Origin: Trichosphaerium sp. ATCC 40318
Lineage: Eukaryota; Protista; Tubulinea
Length of the DNA stretch: 64,000 nucleotides
Direction of reading: 5' to 3'
Assembly (NCBI GenBank): GCA_038496445.1
Contig: JALMLS010000452.1
Span: forward strand, 4,139 to 68,138
The position numbers and the translations under genes were made by a program. Below the pieces are notes generated by a model, which searched no databases, was not told the origin of the DNA, and saw nothing but the letters and a program-made list of their open reading frames with translations. Below, one piece after another: positions 42,380 to 52,300 of this stretch. Positions within the stretch are counted from its first letter, which is position 1, and each line of letters begins with the position of its first letter.

Positions 42380-43510
42380 AACTATATGGTCTTTAAGGCG
42401 TCTTCCCAAGCTATCTATCAATTTGTAATGAACTTGGTAGCCTTTTATTGGTTGTCCCTTAACTTGTCGGTGGGGTGCCTTTCATAAATAGTAGCTAGTT
42501 CAAAGTAATGCCCTTCCGTTAGGAATATACTTAATATTCCCACTTGCGTTGCGTTATGGTTGACCCACGATTCTATCGCTTATGGTGAGGATGGTCCACC
42601 TCATCAAGCTATCGAGAAAGCTATGCTCCCAGTTGGCATATTCATGAATATTCATTGGTGTATGGTGATGCAGAATTCTGTAAAGGAAGGACATGTCGCT
42701 TCACGTGATTTCAACCAACAAACTTACTTGCTGTTTTTTTCGCCACTAGCCAACAGAACACCAAAACGTACCGAAATCACTTTACTTATGTGTGATACTA
42801 CGCACCATGGCCATTATCAAATCCAACTGTTTTCTAGCACAAAACGGTTTGTTTTCAAAAAAGCGATATTTGTCACGTGCTCGTAAAACGCCATGGAAAC
42901 GTATAGCAGCACTTTGTGGGAGTTAGTATACTCGCAAACTTCACGACAGTTTACTGTCAGGTAAAATAGGTATGAATTTTTTTACTCATAAATACTAGCT
43001 ATGAATAATGAATTTTTTACTCATACTAGTGAATAGTGCTGTATTTGAATAATATTATTCACCATTCATAACGGAACTGCCAATTTAAAGAACCCTGTGC
43101 TATTATTTTCAAAATTGCATAAAGTTGAGTAAAGGCCTACTGCAGATTTTGTTTACCCATTAGTGTAAACTCTTGCTCAAAGGCTATTGATGGTGTGTAT
43201 TCAAATATTCAAATTCAAATATTCAGAGTTTGAGAACATTAGGCCACCAGCTGGCTACACTTGAGTTGTTGGGACCACTTACATAGTAACCAAACCTATG
43301 GTATTGCCAGGAGTGACAAGACTTAAGATGAGTGTTTTTTCATTCTTTCCTAAATATCATATGAACAATCATGCTTTATACTTCTCTAAGTGTAAGAAGT
43401 AGGTATGAGAGCACATAGTACTTTTGTAACGTACTGTGAAGTATCCCTTACCAAAGTAACCACCATCCAACAAACTTTGAAATTCCAAAACCAGCCTTAC
43501 AATACTGTAA
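42380..43510 (-). pseudogene. Decayed PARP-like ART domain (left relic), interrupted by a ~650-bp insertion
   Basis: Minus strand gives AYSIVKAGFG..LDGGYFGKG.YFT|gtacgt, KTLILSLVTPGN and LRGQPIKGYQVHY. These are homologous to the intact ART exons, share an intron position, and are frameshifted. Confidence 0.8.
42520..42625 (+). pseudogene. Isolated transketolase fragment
   Basis: LWLTHDSIAYGEDGPPHQAIE versus the transketolase motif THDSIGLGEDGPTHQP. No other transketolase exons nearby. Confidence 0.75.
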
Positions 43511-44100
43511 GCTGATTTCATGGACAATACATCACTGGTGACTGGACAAGAGTGTTAATGTAACATGGATTTGAACAAGAGTTACAAGGAGCAAATAATA
43601 AGGTTGATAAAACTAGAGAAGAGCTATGCAAACATGATCAAATTTCAAAGGAACATATTGTAACTGCATAAAATACTGCAGCGATGGACCTGTAACGGTC
43701 ACCATAACGACTAAAAGGTTGAGATATCGGCATGTAAATACTATTATTACCGTCGGTATCTTTGAATGGTCAGTGTGCTCAAATAAATCCATAACATCCT
43801 GCCAGTGACACAACAAATTTTCACAGCGAAAATACAGAAAAAAATAAGAAAGGTACCATTTATGGCAAACACATTCAAGTTCAGTTCTGATTTTTTCCAC
43901 AACAGATCTACATGTCAATACACGCGTTTTGTATTTTCAAAGAGAAAAAGATTTGTAAACATTCCTCGTTTTTGGCTCAAAAAAACCAGAAAGAAGTCAT
44001 AATATCTGGCTTACAACGCCGATTTTTTGGCTAATTGTTTGCACACTAATGTGACATGTACGTGTGCATATAAAACGCAAATAAAAATAATTTCTCCGCT
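43258..44100 (+). repeat. ~850-bp direct repeat (copy at 60931-61770); 42390-42510 also matches 60740-60850
   Basis: Long near-identical stretches (ttgagttgttgggaccacttaca ... cagaaagaagtcataatatctggctt) at an offset of about 17.67 kb. Confidence 0.92.
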
Positions 44101-44734
44101 CTCGATTTTCAAAAACGCACTCGCACGTGCGTTTTTTTTTACGTCTTAAACGACTTTGTAAACAAAATTCCAAGGTACTTTCCAAATGACCTTGCAGCGT
44201 TATACCATCAGCGAGTACATCTCTTAACGATTTGTAAAAAAATTACTTGTTTGTTGTTCGTATCTAAAGCACGTTTTAGCTTAGTAAAATTTCAAAAGAA
44301 AGAAAACACTGCCTACAAACGCGGTTTTCATTCAATTACATGATAACGAACCGGTTTTTGGTTTTGAGTATTGTATTACGGCATATAACGATTACACCAT
44401 GGTGCTTTTAAGTATCTTGGTATCAAACATAGATAAAGAGGTGTCTACGATGTGAGCTGTGTTGAACATATTTCAAAAAAAAACAACCAAAGTAACCTCA
44501 TAGGTCTTTTTCCGCGTAGGTTAAACTCTGTACTCACGTTAGGCCGATTTTTGAAGCCATTTATTCTGCTTCAAACGAAACCTTAGCAATGTTGTGCGGC
44601 AATATGTATCTGCGCCGGAGGAGCTATGTTGAACGCAAATAATGTACACCGAGCCGTAACACAAATAATTCGATGAACCATCGGCAAAACTTAAATCCAT
44701 TTTACCGTACAATCAACACTGGTGACAACGCTTC

Positions 44735-47700
44735 ATGGGCGGCCAACATAGCATCAAAGAATCATCAGAATTAAAAGGTAATAGAAGCGAATCTTTGATC
44801 TGCCTCTACGTTTATTAAAAGTTCTTCAATAGCCGAATTGGTAGAGCTTCAATTAGTTTTCAGTAACATTACAACAGGTACGTAGCCTATTCGAGTTAAT
44901 ATTTGTTTAATGTTTTACTAGCTGATGAACTAAGGAACAGTATCCGTAATCAAGCGATAGCCAATGATATTCTGCTCTATTCAGGTTCGGTGCCTAAATC
45001 TTGCTTGTAACCAATAAATATAGTGCTTCGTGGCCTAGCTAGTACTGCGATGATGTGCATATACCAGGGGGTAAACATTGAAGCTTCCTCGTACGACGGA
45101 CGCACAGTTTTACACGTTGCAGGTACCTCGGATTTGCGCATCACCAAAACGCACTTACTTGAACTATAAAGCCACAACGGGACACTTCAATATAGCTCAA
45201 ATATTAATCAACTCAGGCGCAAGCATTGAAGCCAGAGATAAAGACGGATGCACACCTTTACATCTTGCGGGTATGTTATTAAATAATGACTCCAATTTAC
45301 GGTTCTTAGCGAATGAAGGACATATTGAAGTAGTTCAAATATTGCTCAAGTCAACAGCGGATTTTGAAGCGACGGATAACCAGGGACGCACACCTCTTGT
45401 TTGCGCAGGTAATTGTAATCTTGTAACTACTACAACTAATTCGCACTTCGTATCTTAGCCAATAAAGGACACAAAAAAGTTGCTGAGATGTTACGCCAGG
45501 CGATGATAAGTACTGAAAAAGTAGGAAAGGATGGACGTACTACTTTACACAATGCAGGTAACTAAGTGATACAGGTGTTAAGTGGATTAACTTGATTCCA
45601 AGCCCGTAGCGGACAAATTACAATTGTGGAAATGCTACTCGACTCAGGTGTAGATGTAGATGCTACAGAAAAGAATGGATCCACACCCCTACATGATGCA
45701 GGTAAATAAGTTTACTAATAATAATTATAAAACGTGCGCTCACATACTATACCAGCGTTTTATGGACACGACAAGATTGTACAATTGTTACTAAAAGCAA
45801 ACGCAAACATACAAGCATCGAATATCTACGGACACAAACCGATTCATTGCGCAGGTATTGTCATCTTTCAAGTTTTGAGTTTAAGTCTTAAATTAGCTCA
45901 AAATGGGCACAGTGAAGTTGTTGAAACATTAATCAAATCAAGTGCGAGCATTCACGCTACAGATAAAGATGAAAACACAGCTTTACATACAGCAGGTATC
46001 CTAAACTTCTACATAGTGTACTAGTGACTTTAATTCACAAAACTCGGTAGGCATCGAGGGACACAGTGAAGTTGTCGATATCTTAATTAAAAATAAAACC
46101 AACGTTGAAGCTGTAAACATCCGATTGCAAACGGCTTTGCACTGTGCAGGTACCTAAATTACTAACCACGTAATGTTACTACTTTGTTTAGTGTATAACG
46201 GGCACACTGAAGTAGTTGAAGTGTTGACTAAGAACAGCGCCAACATTGAAGCTAAAGATAAAGATGATTGTACTGCTTTACTAGTTGCAGGTAATATTGT
46301 GAGCGTGTACAATAATTTAACTCCTATTAGCCAGTATGGGCCGTGACATAGCTGCTAGTATTTTAATTAATGCTGGAGCTAACATTGGAGCCACAGATAA
46401 AAATGGATTGACAGCATTACATCTTGCAGGTAGTTTTGCCTTTTTGAATATAAGCTGATTTTAGCCTAGCATTATCCGGACACAACCCAGTTTTGCTGAC
46501 TTTATTGAAACAAATTAAAGTCATTTCAATAAGCACAACCAAGTGGCAAACAGTTTTCAAACAGATACTTAAACATGTGGTTGACAATGATACTGCATTC
46601 ATCAGTGTGTTTGAAACTCTTTTGACACAGTTTCCAAACGATCATCAAAGCCGCAAACTATGGCTATCTTGTGCACACATGAAAGAGATGCACTGGCGAC
46701 TCAATCTTGCAAAATGGCTGCAGTACTTGGTAAATTCTTAACTCAAACATTCATACTAATATAATACAAAGCCGACCCATTCTAGTTTTAAAGTTGCAAT
46801 GCAAAAAGGCATTTGCCATTTGATTTGTACATACAATCCCATGTTTGTACAGTCTTCGGTACAAACATAAAATACAAGCATACGTGTACATTAATTTGTT
46901 GTTTTTATATCAGAGCTTTTGGTTACAGCAAGGAGAGCTGATGGAAGGAATTCTATCCGACTTACCAGATGACATGTGGAGTAGTACTACACAAACTGGG
47001 TCTGTTGTTAAAATGTGTGTAAAAGAAGGATGGTGTACAAATTCTCTTCAAAAAGTACCCAAGCAAGATCGTATGTGGTTAGTGGTATAAGCAAACGTAT
47101 ATTAACTCTTTAAAGTTTTTGAATGCCGTGATTGTGTTAAAAACACACGTGGATTATTTTTGTGCGGTTATTGTGTTACTCAACATAAACACAAACAGGT
47201 AATTTCCCACGTACTACTACTTGTTTATGTGTGTAGAACCTGAAAAAGTACATCAGCGATCCAGTTGTTCGTTGTGAATGCAAGGATTGCAAACATGTCA
47301 TTAATCCTTTCTCTCCCTATCAAAGAGTTGTAAACCCTACAGCAGGTAAAAAAACACTGTTAGTTCAATAACACTAAAGCTTGAAGGATTAAAAAGTGAG
47401 ACGTCATGGGACTTAAATCCAAGATTACATTATGCCCACACCTGGGATAGATCCAACAGCAAGTGAGTAGTTACACTTGTATTTATTGACTCATGTTTAA
47501 CTGTTTTTGTCAAACAAAAAAGGGGTACAATTGAAAAAGCAACGCACTATAGAACACTGAATCTTCTTGATTCAAATAAAAATGATATTGTAGCCAAGAG
47601 AGAACTACAGTTTCTTCACCGACATATGTCAAAAATGCACGGCTATGATGAATATGATGTTGTAGAAGCTCATCTTGTTTGCAATGATATATTGACTCAA

Positions 47701-48855
47701 AACTTTGGCACATACAATACCATGCTGAAGCAAAGACACCAGTATGTTTGTAATTATTACTACCAGCGAATTCATAACATAGTTGTTTTAATTAGAGACC
47801 TACCAGACACATGGAACAAAAAAGATCACAAGCATAATAATCACAAAAATAGAGTTGCCAAACATGCTGTAAATCTCATACAGAACTCCAGTTGTATCCA
47901 TGACGTTTCTGATCAGGTACATTTTATACCTGTGCATTGTTGACCCAATAATCAGCTACCAGCTGTATTAATGGTTCATGGAACAACTCGTGAAGCCGCT
48001 TGGAGTATTGTAAAAGCTGGATTTGGAGTGATAAGTTCATTGGATTCTGGATACTATGGACAAGGAATCTACTTTACAGTACGTGCTTTTAAAAAAGTCA
48101 CCATTGACAATCTTACTTGTTTTTTTTTGAAATAGCACAGCATTAAGTATGCCTGTGCATACGACACATCTGGTGAAGATAAGAAGACACTCGTGCTTAG
48201 TTTGGTAACGCCTGGGAATGTATATCCTGTACACAACTGAAACCAATCACACTATTGATTTGTTTATTTACAAAGCATTGATAGGTTACAGAAAACCCTC
48301 AAGATAAAGCCAATCTTGTTGGTAAGCCAATTAAAGCTGGATATCAAAGTCATTATGTATTGGTAAACAGGAAAGGACAGGTGTTAAGCCAAGATAAAAT
48401 AAATAAGGCAGTATACGATGAACTGGTTGTAGCTCAAGGTAGTGATTACAATTGATGTACTTGTTGACTAAGTTGTGATTTTAGATGTACAGACTGTTGC
48501 TCGTTACATCATCACAGTTGTGCGAAAACCAAAACAACAAACAAAAAGAGCAAAGAAATCACCTGCAACATCAGAGGGTACTGGTGAATCTGGTTCTGAT
48601 GACTTGTCTGATTCTGATGATTGTGACAACTTTACCTATAAGCGGTACAAAATAAGTGTGCATCAATCACTTTCCTTACTTACTTTTGTGCAAAGACAAT
48701 TATGGGCCTCTAGCTATTTGAATGAGCCTCAAATACAACAACCAACCACACATGACAAGCTACTACAAGCGTTGGAAGAAAACAAAAGATTAAAACAAGT
48801 TCACATGAGACTTATGGAAATAACACAAACTAATACAAAAAAAGTAGTTAAATAA
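44735..48855 (+). CDS. ANK-UBR-ART protein A (10 divergent one-exon ankyrin repeats, UBR-type Zn finger, PARP-like ART, acidic/coiled-coil tail)
   Basis: MGGQHS start. 99-nt ANK exons at 45024-46429. Zn finger CVKEGWC..FECRDC..LCGYCVTQHKH..CECKDC. ART motifs VHGT..GFG..GYYGQGIYFT..YACAY..YDELVVAQDVQTVARYII. Confidence 0.9.
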
Positions 48856-49060
48856 TAAAACAGGTTCACTGGTACAGTTACAACAAAACTACAAGTAATA
48901 AACTCCAACAGGGTGCCTACGCCATGACTAATAATACAGTCAATCAAAGAATTTGTAAACAAATATAATCCTTGAATTTGGGAAACTTTACCTGAGTTAC
49001 TTAGTGTTTACTTTTGAATAAAAGTTATTACCAACAGCAAATAAATAGTTGTTATAAGTA

Positions 49061-49146
49061 TTATCTGCAAACGGACTTATGGGTAACAACTTTATTGATG
49101 TGTTATTATTCGATAAGATTTGACCCATAAGTCCTTTGCCAGATAA
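49061..49146. repeat. Hairpin (24-bp arms) at the axis of the inverted gene pair
   Basis: ttatctgcaaacggacttatgggt pairs with acccataagtcctttgccagataa. Weaker outer pairing at ~49018-49030 with ~49176-49189. Confidence 0.85.
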
Positions 49147-49372
49147 TCTAAAATTACCAAGATGTTGGTTGGCAAATAATACTTTTATTTATTTTGTTTT
49201 TATTTAATTACCAAGATGTTGGCAAAACAAGGATTTTGGTAAAAAAACCACAGAAAGAATGTATTTCTAAACATGATGCACCCAAAAAGGATAAAGTGTT
49301 TATGTTTTAGTTTGTTGTAACAGTATTTGTGGTGCACAAGTGTATGTTTATAATCTAGTTACTTTTTGTTTA

Positions 49373-52300
49373 TTAATTTGATGTTATTTTCTCTAATTCT
49401 AGATTGGCTTGTTTAAGTTCTTCATTTTCTTTCAACACTTGTAGTAGCTTGTCATGTGTGGTTGGTTGTTGTATTTGAGGCTCATTCAAATAGCTAGAGG
49501 CCCATAATTGTCTTTGCACAAAAGTAAGTAAGGAAAGTGATTGATGCACACTTATTTTGTACCGCTTATAGGTAAAGTTGTCACAATCGTCAGAATCAGA
49601 CAAGTCATCGGAACCAGATTCACCAATATCCTTTGATGTTGCAGGTGATTTCTTTGCTCTTTTTGTTTGTTGTTTTGGTTTTCGCACAACTGTGATGATG
49701 TAACGAGCAACAGTCTGTACATCTAAAATCACAACTTAGTCAACAAGTACATCAAATAAATATATAATCACTACCTTGAGCTACAACCAGTTCATCATAT
49801 ACCGCTGTGTCTATTTTATCTTGGCTTAACACCTGTCCTTTCCTGTTTACCAATACATAATGACTTTGATATCCAGCTTTAATTGGCTTACCAACAAGAT
49901 TGGAGTCATCTCGAGGGTTTTCTGTAACCTATCAATGCTTTGTAAATAACAAATCAATAGTGTGATTGGTTTCAGTTGTGTACAGGATATACATTCCCAG
50001 GCGTTACCAAACTAAGCACGAGTGTCTTCTTATCTTCACCAGATGTGTCGTATGCACAGGCATACTCAATGCTGTGCTATTTCAAAAAAAAATAAGTAAG
50101 ATTGTCAATGGTGACTTTTTTAAAAGCACGTACTGTAAAGTAGATTCCTTGTCCATAGTATCCAGAATCCAATGAACTTATCACTCCAAATCCAGCTTTT
50201 ACAATACCCCAAGCGGCTTCACGAGTTGTTCCATGAACCATTAATACAACTGGTAGCTGATTATGTGGTGAGATTTTATCATATTTCAGATACAAACTAC
50301 CTGCTCTGAATTATTGTTTGTATGTAGGGTATTTTCGCCAACAAGTTCTGAACAACAACCTGCAACCTTTATTTTGTGATCGGTTGCCTGTTCCCAGTCA
50401 TTTTTACAAAACAATTTATGAAGCTCTCTAAATAACAGCTAAGCTTATTTGTAGTGAATTAAGCAAGTATACATACTGATGTCTGTGTTTAAGTACTGTA
50501 TTGTACATGCCAAAGTTTTGAGTCAACATATCATTGCAAACAAGATGAGCTTCTACAACATCATATTCATCATAGCCGTGCATTTTTGACATATGTCGGT
50601 GAAGAAACTGTAGTTCTCTCTTGGCTACAATATCATTTTTATTTGAATCAAGAAGATTCAGTGTTCTATAGTGCGTTGCTTTTTCAATTGTACCCCTTTT
50701 TTGTTTGACAAAAACAGTTAAACATGAGTCAATAAATACAAGTGTAACTACTCACTTGCTGTTGGATCTATCCCAGGTGTGGGCATAATGTAATCTTGGA
50801 TTTAAGTCCCATGACGTCTCACTTTTTAATCCTAAAAGGGTTATTGTCAAATATTGAAATATGACAATGTTGTTGTTACCTATTGTGGAGGGTTTACCTC
50901 CATGATTTGGTGAGAAGGTATTACTGACTATGTGATTGCAAGCTGTGCATTCACATTTTTTGAAACTACCAATTTGCTTTGAGAGCTTCTACCCAAACCG
51001 TTAGCAAATATAAATATAAAATAAATACGTGGGTTTGATTATGTTGAGTAGCACAATAACCGCACAAATACAATCCATATTGAGAACAATCATAGCAAGC
51101 AAACGCTGTATAATGTTAATAAAAGAAATACCAACTAAACACATACTATCTTGCTTGGGTACTTTTTGAAGAGAATTTGTACACCATCCTTCTTTTACAC
51201 ACATTTCAATAACAGACCCAGTTGTTGTATTACTCCACATGTCATCTGGTAAGTCGGATAGAATTCCTTCCATCAGCTCTCCTTGCTGTAACCAAAAGCT
51301 CTGATATAAAAACAACAAATTAATGTACACGTATGCTTGTATTTTATGTTTGTACCGAAGACTGTACAAACATGGGATTGTATGTACAAATCAAATGGCA
51401 AATGCCTTTTTGCATTGCAACTTTAAAATATGGACGTGTTGGCTTTGTGTGATTAGTGCTTAATTGTTGGTAAAAAAGGCATACCAAGTATTGCAACCAT
51501 TTTGCAAGATTGAGTCGCCAGTGAGGTATCTCTTTCATGTGTGCGCATGATAACCATAGTCCACGACTGCATTGGTCATTTGGAAACAGTGTCAAAAGAG
51601 TTTCAAACACAATAATGAATGCAGGATCATCAGCAACTACCTGTTTTAGTATCTTTCTTAAAGCCATTTTCCATTTGAAAGTGATTAATGAAATGTCTCT
51701 AGCTTGTTTCAATAAAGTCAGTAAAACTGGGTTGTGTCCAGATAATGCTAATATGAATTAAGTGACTTCAAATCAAGTATATATACCTGCAGCATATAAA
51801 GCAGTACGCCCATTGTCTTGTTTGGATTCAATGTTGGCTCCTGATTCAAGTAATATTTTTACCACATTATCATGTCCTTTAATGGCTAACAATTAAAGTT
51901 AATGTGAGTAGCAGATGTTGTTATGTTTAAACAGTATCACACCTGCAATAATTAAAGCAGTACGTCCATCATTTTGTTTGGCTTCAATGTTGGCTCCTGA
52001 TTCAAGTAATACTTTTATCACATTATCATGTCCTTTAATGGCTAACAATTAAAGTTAATGTAACAGATGTTGTTATGGTTAAGCATTATCATACCTGCAT
52101 CAATTAAAGCAGTACATCCATCATTTTCTTTGGCTTCAATGTTGGCTCCTGATTCAAGTAATACTTTTATCACATTATCATGTCCATACATGGCTAATTA
52201 AAGTGTATGTGAGTAACAAATGTTGTTATGTTTAAACAGTATCATACCTGCAATAATTAAAGCAGTACGTCCATCGTCTTGTTTGGCTTCAATGTTGGCT

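Noticed and set aside
46455-51750. Assembly fold-back artefact
   Set aside because: The arms contain diverged blocks with intact reading frames and different ANK arrays, which an artefact would not produce. The unit count in the array still needs long-read confirmation.
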